Shown here piece after piece: positions 1 to 13,275 of a DNA stretch of 64,000 nucleotides. Source of the DNA: Chiloscyllium plagiosum (lineage: Eukaryota). The notes under the pieces were generated by a model. That model saw only the letters and a program-made list of their open reading frames with translations. It was not told the DNA's origin and did not search any database. Position 1 is the first letter of the stretch. Every line of letters starts with the position of its first letter. The DNA is taken from the NCBI RefSeq assembly GCF_004010195.1, contig NC_057718.1, forward strand, positions 91,327,916 to 91,391,915. The letters are read 5' to 3'. Position numbers and translations under genes: made by a program.

Positions 1-1740
1 AAAATGAAAAACCTTACTCAACGGCAGTGTGCTACATCAATCTCACACCTCCACTACATGGCAGCAGTTTACGCAACAAACATACTGTGAGGACCTCAAA
101 TATGCAACCATGTCTCAAAATCTTAAGGGAGTAGTCTTCACAAAAGTTCATGGAGGGATCTGTAGGTCAGGGGATCTTGGCACTGTAAGTCAAAGGCAGC
201 CTCCGACACAAAGGCAGCCTCTCGAGGATTGACCATAGTCAGGCATCCAGTAAAGGTGTTCTTGATCAGGAGGTTCATGCCTTTGCAGCCCAGAACGTGG
301 TTCACGATCAATCGTGTAGTGCCATAGTAGACTGTCCTATACGTGAAGCTGATCTGGTCATAGAGATGTACAGTCATCAGTCATGAGTCTGATTGGTGTG
401 CTGAGGTGGCTGGGCTGAATCAGTTTGTTGGGTACAACCACAGAAACTAAAGGAAAAGGGGGATAGGAGGTATAGACTGGGCTACAGGAAGGTGATTCGA
501 GAACACGTTCACTGTGATTGGAGTTGAAGGCTGGAATGGATGGGGGATGACAATTGTGAAGAAGGAAACTGTATTTATACGGAGGGATTATGGTACAACA
601 TGGATAGGAATAGGGTCACACGGAGGAGATTTTGTCCAAGTTCAAGTGCACACTGAGCTGGAATTCAAAAGTGCGCAGCGAAGAACAAAATGGCTGTGAC
701 CACACTCAGTGGGTGGATTAAGTGTCAACTTGAGAGAAAGGGGGCATCAATAGCCACCAATCTGAAGCCCTTTAAAGGACAAAACATTTCAAACAGACTC
801 TGCATTGCTTATGACACATAACTGCTGGCCCCCAATCCCTGGTAATCTTAAAGTAAGGGCTCCCAGTTCACCACCTTGTCCCAGATATTGCTGACCACCT
901 CTTTCATGCAGCACATTTACCCAAGAAAGTAATAGGGGTGTGTTTTAGGACAAGGGGCAATGGTTTCAGCATAACCAATAGCCTTATATACGCCTTGTCC
1001 ATCTTGCTTTCATGTGCTGCAACAAGCACTCAATACAGAATTCGATTCATGATGCATCCTGTATCAATATTCGTTAGGCATCATGCTAGCACAGGTAACA
1101 TTTGTGGCAGAGGATCAAGCAATTAGATGAGGAACGAACTAATCAAATTTATACAAATGTGATACTTCATAAGCAGTGCAATATCACCCAAGTCATTAGA
1201 GTGCCCTCGAAAGGTTTTCTTCTTTTCATTGATAGTCACAGGTGAAGTGCTGAAAGATTGGAGGTTGGTTAACGTGGTGCTACTATTTAAGAAAGATGGT
1301 AAAGAAAAGCCAGAGAACTATAGGCTGTGAGCCTGACCATTAATGGTGTGCAAGTTATTGGAGGGAATCCTAAGGGACGGATTTACATGTATTTGGAAAG
1401 GCAAGAACTGATTAGGTATAATCAGCATGGTTTTGTGTGTGGGAAATCATGTCTCACGAACCTGATTGAGTTTTTTGAAGAAGTAACAAAGAGGATTGCT
1501 GAGGGCAGAGTGGTGGACGTGATCTATATGAGCTTCAGTAAGGCATTTGACAAAGTTCCTCATGAGAGACTGGTTAGCAAGTTTAGATCTCATGGAATAC
1601 TGGGAGAATTAGCACAGAAGACAGGGTAGTGGTGGAGGATAGCTTTTCAGACTGGAGGTCTGTGACCACAAATATTGGTCCTGAGTTCATTACTTTTCAT
1701 AACTTATATAAATGATTTGAAAGTGAACACAGAAGGTATA

Positions 1741-2845
1741 ATTTGGAGATGCCTGTGTTGGACTGGAGTGTACAAAGTTAAAAATCCACAACACCAAGTT
1801 ATAGTCCAACAGGTTTAATTGGAAGCACACTAGCTTTCAGAATGACGCTCCTTCATCAGGTGATAGTGGAGGGCTCGATCGTAACACAGAACTTATAGCA
1901 AAAATTTGCAGTGTGATGTAACTGAAATTATACATTGAAAAATTGATTGTCTGTTAAGCCTTTCATCTGTTAGAATACAGTGATAGTTTCACTTCTTTCA
2001 TGAGTAAATCACAAAACCTTTTCTTTAAAGTTGCATTCTCAGGTTAGCTGTTAACAATGGTGATAGCTAGACAATATGTTGAAGGTGTTCTCTGTCTATG
2101 ACCTGATGTTTAGATTGATTCTAATCTAAAAAGTGAGATAACAGAGTTTTACTTAGCTATCAGCAGAGGGTGATAGCTAAGTTCGGTACCCATAGGAAGG
2201 GCCTCAATCGGGACCTTGGGTTCATGTCACATTACAGGTGATCACCATTGCACTACACACACACACAGATATTCCTACACGCGCACACTCTCACATACAC
2301 ACGGACACAGGTACACACAGACGCGCACAGACACCCACACACACCCTTATAGACACACACACTCCCACANNNNNNNNNNNNNNNNNNNNNNNNNNNNNNN
2401 NNNNNNNNNNNNNNNNNNNNNNNNNNNNNNNNNNNNNNGCTTAAAAACTGCATGAATTTATGTAAAACTCTGTTATCTCATTTTTTAGATTAGAATCAAT
2501 CTAAACATCAGATCATAGACAGAGAACACAGGGGGCTAACACCTTCAACATATTGTCTAGCTATCACCATTGTTAACAGCTAACCCGAGAATGCAACTTT
2601 AAAAAAAAAGGTTTTGTGATTTACACATGAAAAAAGTGAAACTATCACTGTATTCTAACAGATGAAAGGCTAAACAGCCAATCAATTTTTCAAAGTATAA
2701 TTTCAGTTACATCACACTGCAAATGTTTGCTATAAATTCTGTGTTACGATCGAGCCCTCCAGTATCACCTGATGAAGGAGCGTCGCTCCGAAAGCTAGTG
2801 TGCTTCCAATTAAACCTGTTGGACTATAACCTGGTGTTGTGTGAT
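1741..2845 (+). mobile_element. Penelope-like element (family 1): inverted terminal arm + GIY-YIG C-terminus + 3' repeat
   Basis: TSD agaaggtata at 1731-1740 and 2846-2855. About 1780-2150 is the reverse complement of about 2460-2845. 2161-2241 reads QQRVIAKFGTHRKGLNRDLGFMSHYR*. Confidence 0.85.
2766..2800 (+). ncRNA. Minimal type I hammerhead ribozyme motif (Penelope-associated)
   Basis: cac-CUGAUGA-a-GGAGC-guc-GCUCC-GAA-AGCU-A-gug: intact core, 5-bp stem II, palindromic AGCU stem III, 3-bp stem I. Confidence 0.75.
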
Positions 2846-4604
2846 AGAAGGTATAGTTAGTAAGTTTGCAGAAGACACCAAAATTGGAGGTGTAGTGGAC
2901 AGCTGAAAAGGTTACCTTATAGTACAATGGGTTCTTAATCAGATGGGCCAATGGGCCGAGGAATGTCAGATGAAGTTTAATTCAGATAAATGCGAGGTGC
3001 TGCATTTTGGAAAAGCAAATCACAACAGGACTTATACACTTGCAAGGGAGTGTTGCTGAGCAAAGAGACCTTGGGTGCAGGTTCATACTTCCTTGAAAGT
3101 ATAGTCGCAGGTAAGATAGGATAGAGAAGACGTTTGTTATTCTTTCCTTTATTGGTCAGACTATTGAGTATCAGAGTTGGGAGGTCATGTTGCAGCTGTA
3201 CAGGACATTGGTTAAGCCACTTTTAGAACATTGCATGCATTTCTTATCTCCTTCCTATTGGAAGGATGTTGTGAAACTTGAAAGGGTTCAGAAGAGATTT
3301 ATAAGGATTGGAGGATTTGAGCAATAGGTAGAGACTGAATAGGCGGGGGCTGTTTTCCCTGGAGCATCGGAGACTGAGGAGTGACCTTATAGAGGTTTAT
3401 AAAATCATGAGGGGCATGGATGAGATAAATAGACAAGGTCCTTTCCCGGGGTGGGGGAGTCCAGAACTAGAGAGCATAGGTTTAGGGTAAGAGGGGAAAG
3501 ATATAAAAGGGACCAACTTTTCACACAAAGGGCAATGCGTGTATGGAATGAGCTGCCAGAGGAAATGGTGGAAGCTGGTACAATTACAGCATTTGAAAGG
3601 CATCTGGATGGGTATATGCATAGGAAAAGTTTAGTGGGATATGGGCCAAGTGCTGGCAAATGGGATTAGATTAGGTTGGACCAAAGGGTCTGTTTCTGTG
3701 CTGTACATCTCTATGACTGTATGACTCTAATTCCTCTTACTATGTTATTTATTGTCACATATATCTTGAAGATATATGTTTTGTCACCACAGTCCAGCAC
3801 TATTTTGAGGTACAATAAGGATAAAAAGAAATTACTTCATCTTACTACAATAAGACTTCATCTTCTGTTCAAATTTGGGTCTCAAGCATGGATTCAGGGC
3901 TTCTGCGAAGTCTCTGCAAGACATTCTGGTCCTCAAGGAGTCCCTCTTCAGGAACAGAAACAATTATGCCAATTCCCCAGGAGACCCTGGCTCTGCTGCA
4001 ACTGCTGCCTCGCTGACACTGCCAAGAATCCAGGTTCTGGGCACATCACCACCAGGAGTACCCAGTCTGGGCACCGCTGTCTCAATGTAGTCCCAGATCC
4101 TACAGCTGGGGTGGAAGGAATCTGCTTGCCAATGGAGACCCTTGGCCTGGAGTTTTGGGTGGATGACCATGGAGTCATTGTGTCTGGATGATCTTGAATT
4201 GCTATGGTCCACTTGCCTCTGGCAAGAGGAGTGTGGACTCTCCTTGGCTTCAACTTCCAGGAGGAGTTGAAAGGTCAGATACCTCAGAAGTGTCCTAAGA
4301 AGAGAGTTCTGAGAGGCCTGTGTGTGTGGTTCCTCCTCCAGCCAGGTGCGTTCTGGCACTGAATGTTTCCTTGTGACGAAATTCAGTTATCTGGTGAGTG
4401 GCAAGTTCTTCTGGAAGATGGCTCTAAAATAAGGTGTACAAATACCAGAGGGGAGTAGGTAGTCAATGAGGTGAGTTCGGTAAGATACAGCAAGAACCTT
4501 ACCTAATGTGTCACCTATCTCTCGTTCTTCCATCCCTATTCAGATTCACGTTTATTACTGACTTTCTATTACTGCATTTGTTGATTTGTTTTTTTTCTTT
4601 GCAG

Positions 4605-4700
4605 TCCACACTTACGGTTTCATAACCTGACCTTGATTTCAACATCTGGACTTCCTGGAAGTTACTCAACTTCTGTGCGTAGAAAATTCAAAGCTGCAAG
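4605..4700 (+). CDS. CFAP61: CFAP61 internal coding exon A (96 nt, phase 2 to 2)
   Basis: Polypyrimidine tract + gcag|, donor aag|gtctgt. Translates (x)PHLRFHNLTLISTSGLPGSYSTSVRRKFKAA(S), matching the recalled CFAP61 segment H.KFNNLTLISTHGLPG. Not in the ORF track. The end phase joins exon B. Confidence 0.9.
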
Positions 4701-4746
4701 GTCTGTGCATCATCTAATGTGATATGTTTAGCACATAATTTATTAG

Positions 4747-4950
4747 GAGAAAGTGAGGACTGCAGATGCTGGAGATCAGAGCTGAAAATGAGTTGCTGGA
4801 AAAGTGCAGCAGGTCAGGCAGCATCCAAGGAGCAGGAGAATCGACGTTTCGGGCATGAAACGTCGAAGGGCTCATGCCCGAAACGTCGATTCTCCTGCTC
4901 CTTGGATGCTGCCTGACCTGCTGCACTTTTCCAGCAACACATTTTCAGCT
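4747..4950. mobile_element. Mini fold-back Penelope-derived element (family 2)
   Basis: TSD cataatttattag at 4734-4746 and 4951-4963; about 80 bp near-perfect inverted arms. Confidence 0.85.
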
Positions 4951-5164
4951 CATAATTTATTAGTAATGTAAAACAGAAAATGTGTAATAGCACCCAAACA
5001 ATGGAGGGAGGGCCTGAAGTAGATTTTGGAATGAGATGTTTCATGTTTTTATTATGAAAGTATGAAGAATTACTTCACATATAATTTTGGAATACCGAAG
5101 CAATCCATTTACCGCCAATGGACTGTGTCAACAATGTATAATATCTATAAGATGTACTGCAGTT

Positions 5165-5445
5165 TCCAATGAAAGCACCTTCAACAGCACCACCTAGTAG
5201 GACAAGGCAGCAGACAGATGGAACCGCCACCATCTGCAAGTTCTGCTCCAAGCCATTAACCATCCTGACATGGAGCTGAATTACTGGGTCAAAATCCTGG
5301 ATCCTCCTCCTTGGTAACATTGTTGATGTCCCTATAGACCAAGAACTACTGTGGTTAAATAAGACAACTCCCTCTATTGCAGTGTAATAAAGAATGAACT
5401 GTAAATGCTAGCCTAGCCAGTGACACAAACCCAGTGAATTAGTAC
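5165..5445 (+). mobile_element. Decayed LINE 3' end (same family as 47610-49975)
   Basis: aggacaaggcagcagacagatggaaccgccaccatctgcaagttc...aagccattaaccatcctgac matches 49725-49800. Confidence 0.7.
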
Positions 5446-6271
5446 ATATATAAAAAACAATCAGGTTTTACATGAGCCACCGCGTACTTAAACTTTAATC
5501 TGCATTTCATTCTTCTTTTTTCCCTCATTGTATCCAACTAGATTTTATTTAAGTGTGCCTCTGTTATTAATCTCAATTACTCCTTGTCATGGCAAAAGCA
5601 AAATATCTTGGATTATAAATTCATAATAACAAAAGTAAATATTGCAAAAGCTAAGCAAGTCAGTAAATATCTAGGTGGTGAGAAACAATTAATATATGAT
5701 ATTTAATCTGAATAATTAGACTTTTCACCCTCTCAACTGGAGATCAGCAAGAGCCCCACATCACCTCCTTTTGGGAGACACTGAATGAACAGCGGAAGAC
5801 CTTCCCTGAGTTCAAGGACCCTGCTTGCAGAAGTTCTTTCCACATCCCTCAGTTCTACTACCCAATCAGAGGCTGGCTATTCCTCATTGCTGTCAGTGCC
5901 ACTAGTGGAGGTGGTAGCTGCCAATAATACACCTATCAGAAGCCCAGAATCCGTGAGAGACTCAGACCCCACATGAGTGAACAAGCAATGGAATTGATGG
6001 CTGAGGGGATGCCAGAGGTATCGGAAGAAAGTGCTCGACATTGGTTGTCAGCAGGTCTCCCTTTTCAATGCTTGGTCTCTTGACCAAGTGCTGAGGAATA
6101 ATTTACCAACCCATACCCCCTCTCCTGAGGAGCCTGCAATAATTTCCCTGTCTGCCTTTTAGGATCTCTGCATGGTAACTGTCCCACCTGTTGAATATGT
6201 GCTGGGGCAGAATTAAGCCATTAAGTGAACATTAACTTCGCCCAAGTTTGTTTCCCATTCAGGTCCCACGA

Positions 6272-6583
6272 GGGCAGCACAGTGGCAGAGTGGTTAGCAC
6301 TGCTGCCTCACAGCACCAGGACCTCAGGTTTGATTCCAGCCTTGGGCGACTGTCTGTGTGGAGTTTGCACATTCTCCTCGTGTCTGCGTGAGTTTCCTCC
6401 TGGTGCTCTGGTTTCTTCCCACACTCCAAAGATGTGCAGGTTAGGTGAATTGGCCATGCTAAATTGCCCATAATGTTAGGTGCATTAGTCAAAGGGAGAT
6501 GGGTCTGAGTGGGTTACTCTTCGGAGGGTCAGCATGGACTTGTTGGCCAGGTGGCCTGTTTCCATACTGTATGGAATCTAATC
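6272..6583 (+). mobile_element. HE1-like V-SINE (tRNA-derived)
   Basis: A/B-box head, V-domain ctgtgtggagtttgcacattctcc..., CR1-like tail ending aatctaatc. Confidence 0.9.
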
Positions 6584-8774
6584 ATATGTCTCTTCCATTC
6601 TTGTAACTAGTTCTTTCTGACTATAAATGTAAAGAAACGCATGGTGGAAAGACAAGGTGTTTGAGGTCTGCGCCAGTCACGCCAATTAGCATTCTGCTGA
6701 AAGTGATTAACAAATTCTGCTACCTTGGGTGCATCAGAGTAACAGACAACGTTTCTTTTGATACGGAACTCAATACATTCTGAAGGAATGCTGCTTCCAC
6801 CTTTGACCGATATGCAAAACATATTGGATAGCACTAAGCTAAACCATAAGACCATTATACTAGTTTTTAAGTTCTTGATACTTTGCTGTTTGACTGTAAA
6901 ACCTGGTAACAAGAAGCTCATTAACTTCTTATTTGTTGACTGTGGTGCATTTTGGGTATACCATGGCATGAGAAGATCATGAATGCAGTGGTCTTCTCAA
7001 CTGCAGAGCTCCCAAATGTCTTTGTCCTAATCAAACAAAGTTGGCTTCAGGAAAACAGTTGCATGCCCAGAGGACCATTGTGTGGTGAAGTAGTCGGAAT
7101 GGCCTACTTGGAGGCATGACGAGAAAACTATAAACATTGAATATTGTGCTCAGGAGTCACTAGCTAGTGAAAGACGGAAATAGTGACAGTCTCTTGGGCT
7201 GATGAGCCCTGCCACATCAACAAAGGTTAACAATAGTTTAACAACAAGTGCAACAACTCACAATACCACTTGGCAGCTTCACATGCTGTGCTAGTGACAG
7301 AACCTGCCTCTTAAAGATTGATCTTCTCAGCCATGTACAAAGGTGTAACAAATGAAGACATGTCCATCGTGTCTTGTAAATGAGAGTATGCCAATACAAA
7401 ATACCTCAATTTGCATTAGAGCAGGAAGGCCATCCACAAGCCATCTTGCCCAGCCTTAATCGAGGCAAAGATTGGAAGGCAGCTAGATCCACACCCAGTA
7501 TCCTCCTATCCAATTAAATACGCTCCGGCCTCCAAATACAGGTCAGAAGAGGGTGCTGTTTCCACTCAATGTTTCAGTGAGCTTCACATTTTTCCCAATC
7601 TCTAAGTGAAGCTGTTAGTGAAGTCAGAAATCAAGTAGGATGTAAAAGATACAGTAATAAAGGGATAATCTGAATACATTAGATTTACAGAACAGTACAA
7701 GTGGTACCATTGTACATAGGAGTAACAACATAATGTCTTTGCCATTACATGGATCGAAAACACTTAGGGCGCATATGGTGGGATTTTGCGAATGTTAGCT
7801 ATCTTGGTAATCAGGTAATTTTGTGATTGAAAGGATGACTAAAGTGTGCTAAGGAATAATTGGACCCATTTTTACTGACCCCCAGGAGATGGGAATAGAG
7901 ATGGGAAGCTCATAAAATTTCAGGGATCCTTGGTAGGCCAGATTCTTGGATATGTTCCACATTAAGTAATTTTACTGATAATGGATTCGGAATTGGGCAG
8001 ACTGCCTACCACATAGAGGTGAGCAGTCAATTTAAATATGTAAAGGCCCTATTTAGAGTATTTTTTTCTAGGCTGCCAGCATTTCAATTCCTCTTGCCAT
8101 ATGGAAAGTATCTCAGCTAAATAAAGTCTCCCAGTAGGTGCCCAAGTGAGGAAAGGCTTTTATTATTAAAAAGAGGGCAACCAATACAGAAGATAGCATC
8201 TGCAACTCCAACAAAATCCCTGGAAGTGTTTCCCGTTCAGTTCTCGGGGCATGAGTTTTTAAAATGTATATATTTTTAGCCAATCTTCCAAAGCTGCAGG
8301 GCCCCTGCTTGCTGCAGCAGTGATTACAGTTCGTAGTGGCAATACTGAGGATGTTGAGCTGCTAGCCCTCTGACTTAGCCAGCAATTCTTGAAGCGAACT
8401 CCAGTGGAACCACTTATCTAGCTGCTGCCCATCAATTTCATGTGACAGGGTCCCCTGTTGTCTATACATGTCAGTGGCATGAACTTCCAACTAACCAGTA
8501 AAATTCAGCTTGTTGTGTCAATAAACATATCAAGCAAATGAGAGCAGCCACATTGTTGTAAAATTTCATACTAATTTTTTGTTGTCATTTATTACAAGTG
8601 CAACAATTTTAAACAACAAATCAATCAACAATTTTAGAGAGAACAACATCTGAAGTTAGTATAATTAATGTATTTGTTAAACAATTGTTTACAGTCATAT
8701 TTGAGAAGGTGGTTTGAACCAACCCAGTATCTATCATAACAGATGTTTATAAGTAACATCCTTAACTCAGTAAT

Positions 8775-9110
8775 GTCATTACCATTCCTGAGTCAGAAAA
8801 TTATGAGCCATATTCAGTACAAAATCTAACCGAGGACATGTTGTATTGTCAAACATACTGATTTTCAGATGAGATTTAAAATGAGACCATATCTGCATGC
8901 TCGGGTGGATACAAAAGATCCATGGCACTATTCGTACTTGTATGGCAGTGCTATGCTGGTGATTTATTCAATATTTATCTCTCAAATAGCGTCTTGCTGT
9001 TGGCAAATAATTATTATAAATTAACTGCCATTTTTGCCCACGTTTCAAGAGTGTTATATAGACTGTGAAGCACTTTGGCATGTCCTTTGGCATTTTTCTG
9101 GTGCTAGAGG
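8775..9110 (+). mobile_element. Ancient Deu-domain SINE (SacSINE1/AmnSINE1-like), decayed
   Basis: tttcagatgaga...ggtggatacaaaagatccatggcactatt...caatatttatctctcaa core and ctgtgaagcactttggcatgtcc tail. Confidence 0.7.
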
Positions 9111-9520
9111 TTCTATACACTTAAGGTGCATTATACTGAAGGTTTATTTTGCCTTGAAGCAGAAGTTAAACAGAAAATAGCTTGAACGACAATAATATCA
9201 ATGTACAACTTAAGCTGTACATATAATCTTAATGAGCAGTGCGGCTTGTTTTATCAAAGTATTGAATCATCCTTTAGTTTGATCTGTTACTTTTTTAGAT
9301 TTTCATTTCGAGTTGCTTCGAGCTAACTGCAGATATTGTTTGTCATTTTGGCAGAAGAACATTACTTGTTTTTCCCACCACCTGCACCTTACTTATGACC
9401 TCTGACTGCAAGCTCCACTTAGCCCATTATATTAACAAAGATATTACAGATCCACAACACTCTTAATTAATTCTGTAAAGAATAGAACTGCTATTTAACA
9501 CTGTACCTTTCCCCCTGCAG

Positions 9521-9689
9521 TTACAACTATAATCATGACGATCACGCACAGATATCATTGCAGACTTGGGTTAATGTGGTGACTGGCAAGATGATTGGTA
9601 TAAACAGAGCTGCAAAATATGTACTTGTAACAGGAGAAACAAAGGTGCCATATGAGCATCTAATCCTATGTACTGGACTACAGTATCAG
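9521..9689 (+). CDS. CFAP61: CFAP61 internal coding exon B (169 nt, phase 2 to 0)
   Basis: ccccctgcag| ... cag|gtatgt; YNYNHDDHAQISLQTWVNVVTGKMIGINRAAKYVLVTGETKVPYEHLILCTGLQYQ (PY.HLILCTG motif of the FAD/NAD-binding-like domain). Confidence 0.95.
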
Positions 9690-10239
9690 GTATGTATAAG
9701 TATCTATTTAAGCAAAATGCATAGTGTGTACGAATATTTGAAATTGTCACACAGAACCAATTGTGTTTCTTTTCTATTTTTGCTAAATTCCTTTTGTCTA
9801 TTCTTTTGTCAAGACATTGACTCTTGGATGGGTTATAGTTTCAAATGACCACTGTATTTGCATGCAAGGCTAATAGCGAGTGTGTGTTGGCTGATTACAG
9901 AACTTATCTCAGCCATTCTGAACATAACACAAAACCTGATTAGCATTTTTCATTTCCTCCTGGGAGAGGGTTGTTTGCCTATCCCCTGTTAACCGCCATT
10001 AAAGGTAGAAGTGATTAGCTTGGATATGAGTTAATGTCTAGATTTAGATATACAATATCTTAACTTCCCACTCAATCCAAACCACAAATTCTGGCGAATT
10101 AAAATTCTCTTCAATATATTCAGTATAACATAATTGGACTCAGCATTTGTTTAAGATGGAACAGAGATATGCTTAAGTCTTGATAAGTATCAGATACCAC
10201 TCTTAGAGGTGATCTAGATCCTATTATTTCTACATCAAG

Positions 10240-10595
10240 TCATAGAATCATAGAGATATACAACATGGAAATAGACCCTTCAGTCCAACCCATCAATGCC
10301 GACTAGATATGTGGGCGGCACGGTGGCCCAGTGGTTAGCACTGCTGCCTCACAGCCTACATCAAGTCATAGAATCATAGAGATATACAACATGGAAATAG
10401 ACCCTTCAGTCCAACCCATCAATGCCGACTAGATATCCTAAATTAATCTGGTCCCACTTGCCAGCACTTGGCCCATATTCCCTCTAAACCCTTCCTATTC
10501 ATATACCCATCCAGATGCCTTTTAAGAGTTGTAATTGTCCCAGCTACCACCACTTCCTCTGATAGCTCATTCCATACATGCACCACTCCTTGTTG
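10240..10595 (-). mobile_element. CR1 3' fragment containing an 81-bp duplication and an HE1 SINE head fragment (10311-10355)
   Basis: catagaatcatagag tail on the minus strand; exact repeat 10230-10310 = 10356-10436. Confidence 0.85.
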
Positions 10596-11166
10596 TAATG
10601 TTCCAGCACAAACGATATACTTTATGTTTTACAGTGTTTCTGGGTGAATACCGCAAGTAGTCCAAGATTGCCATGCTAATGAAACTTGTATTTACAACAT
10701 TGTCATTATAAGATTACAGTGTTTTCAGCAGAGAATGATTGAGGTGTGACACCACTCTCAACATTGACAATACAACCAGTGACAATTGCATATTTTTATT
10801 TCTGATTACCTTTGAGAAGTCCTATGGGACATGGCTGTACACAAAATGCACCTTATAAATACAAGCTATTGATTACCCATTACCCCTATTCTTGCTGACC
10901 AGAATTGACTCAAAACCCGTTAACATCAACTTATAATTTTTATTCTCGTATTCAAATTCTTTAGTGGTCAGCGACAATACTGGGGTATAGACAAACCATC
11001 TTTTGAGATATCTGTTCACAGTTCTAGAAATAAAAACATGGCCTTTTCAGTTTATGGTGGTCATTCTGCAGAAATTTTGATTCTTACATGAAAAATAGCA
11101 ACTAAAAATAACTGGATGATATATAAGATTATTATGGTTGACTGAAACAGATTTCCCATTATACAG

Positions 11167-11341
11167 GTTCCTTGTCCCACAGGAGTGGATATAAAAGACA
11201 TGCTGACAAATAAGGATGTGACTGTTGACCCTGACCAGCAATTTACAGGAAAAATACCCTCCAACCTTTTTGTTCTTAATAGTCATGATGACTGTGAAAA
11301 TGCACTGCATTGGCTCAAAAAGCATGAAGCAAATATTAAAG
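11167..11341 (+). CDS. CFAP61: CFAP61 internal coding exon C (175 nt, phase 0 to 1)
   Basis: atacag| ... aaag|gtagaa; VPCPTGVDIKDMLTNKDVTVDPDQQFTGKIPSNLFVLNSHDDCENALHWLKKHEANIK(G). Confidence 0.93.
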
Positions 11342-11659
11342 GTAGAATTTTAATATTACCACAATTATAATGATTATTACGAATTGATCTTCTGTGACAA
11401 TTCTAATAGTGAACATGGTAAATGTCTCAAAATTTACACTATTTACTACCCAGGGTCAGTGGAAATGATGTGAAAACAGTGATTAGGGCAGGAAATTAGA
11501 CTGTGGCCAGAACTTATACTGGTTATGAAATGTAAGTAAGATGCCTATGCTGACTAAGCAAATGATCACTGGCACAAAATTTGTGTTAATTGGTGGGTGT
11601 CCAAAGAGACTCCACTGAGGGTAGGGAAAGGGAAGACCAGAACTGGTCAAATACATAGA

Positions 11660-11795
11660 TAGGAAAGTTTTAGAAGGATATAGGCCAAGTGCAGGGAAAT
11701 GGTGTTAGCGTAGGCGGACATTTTGGTAAGCATGGACAAGTTTGGGCCAAAGGACCTGTCTCCATACTGTAGCACTCTATGACTCTATAAGACTC
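11660..11795 (+). mobile_element. CR1 3' tail fragment
   Basis: gggccaaaggacctgtctccatactgtagcactctatgactctataagactc. Confidence 0.8.
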
Positions 11796-13275
11796 ATACT
11801 CATGGCGTACATGAAATTCTAATAAAAAAGAAAAAAGAACACCTACCTCAGCTTCTTCTACACACTCTAAATCCTTCGTAATTTCAATTTTAAAAATCAT
11901 GTTGCAGTGCTAGTGATATCTTTGGGTCGTAACTTCAAGATAATAAGTATGCTTTAGGCCATCCTGGATTTGATATGTCATTGACTAAAATGGCAGTAGA
12001 TGGGAAAATGTCGAAAATGCTGCACGAAAGATGAAACCAATCCAACTATCCACCTGCCATATTGATACCAGTCTGGTATCTTCCCTTCTCTGTTCTCTCT
12101 TTCACTACATAGTGCTTTTCATCAGCTCCAAATGACTTTTTCTCTTTGTGTTTCATTCTCCATCTCCTTTTCCTCTACAACAGCACTGTCTGACTCTTTT
12201 CTCTCTGAGTTCCTCAGGCTACAACATTGCTGAAATCAGTTGGCAGATTTTTAGGATGTTTTCATCACAGTGATAACTAAAAGCAGCCAGTTTGGAGCCC
12301 AATATTTCTCTCTTAAACCAACTCCAAAAATCACTTCTATTAATTAAGAGGGAACATATGGTATAAATTACATCACTTTGTATTGCAGGACATTTTACTA
12401 ACATCACTCTAGACAAACAGCAACAAATGATTTCAATATTTTCCCTCTGGTTCTATCTTTCTCTGTCTATTCCTTCTCTATTTTATAATATTTTCTGCCT
12501 TTATTCAGTATTCTGTTTTCTCTTCCTCTACGTTTCCCTAGGTCGGGAATATTTTCTCCTTCCTTCTCTGGCTACTTGTGTGTCACAATGAGATTTTCTT
12601 TTGTGCTTGTTAAGACTTTTTTCTCAATTTTGTAGCCCCAGGTCTTCTGTTCAGTGTCAGAGATACTGCATGCAATCTTAACTGTGATTTCAACTACCCA
12701 CTTATCATCTTAACTAACAGTTTTTCCACCTTCTGATACCGACTTCAGCAAGGTTGCAGGGGTGAACATAACTGGTGAGCTTTAATGCAGTGCAGATGTG
12801 CCCCCACTTATCATCATGAAATGAAGACATTTTCCTTAAGATCTGTCTTCAGTTCATTGACTTACACTGTTTTAAACAGACCTCTCAATCTCAATACTGT
12901 ACATCCCCTCACTAAACCTCCCTCACTCCCTCATGTTCATCCTAATCTTCACACGCCTTCCCCCCCCCCCACCACTGCATCATACTCATCCTCCTCCCAC
13001 CCACTGACAATGCTGAGCTCCACCTCATCAATGGTTAGTCCCCACTCACCCTCAACAGTGTACACCTCTCTTCACTTTCCCATCACCACCAACAATGCTC
13101 ATCCTCCCTTAACCCCTCACAATATTCATTCTCCCCATTCCAGGTCATTTCTTGACCTCCCGTCATAGCATCTTTAGCCAGAGAATGATTAGAATTTGAA
13201 ATAGTGCAATCTGGAGTAATGGGGTGTCGGGCTTTTCAGTGGGAGGGACTGAGCATTTACTTGGAGTGAAGACAA

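Larger units (their letters stand above)
1230..3730 (+). mobile_element. CR1/HER1-like LINE, 5'-truncated, RT region to 3' tail, split by a Penelope insertion
   Basis: QHGFVCGKSCLTNLIEFFEEVTK...DVIYMSFSKAFDKVPH and FTQRAMRVWNELP peptides; tail ctctatgactgtatgactcta. Confidence 0.93.

Noticed and set aside
3676..4410. Overlapping 100-171 aa ORFs
   Set aside because: No recognisable protein and no fitting splice phase; begins with a ttattgtcaca tail typical of a minus-strand retroelement remnant.
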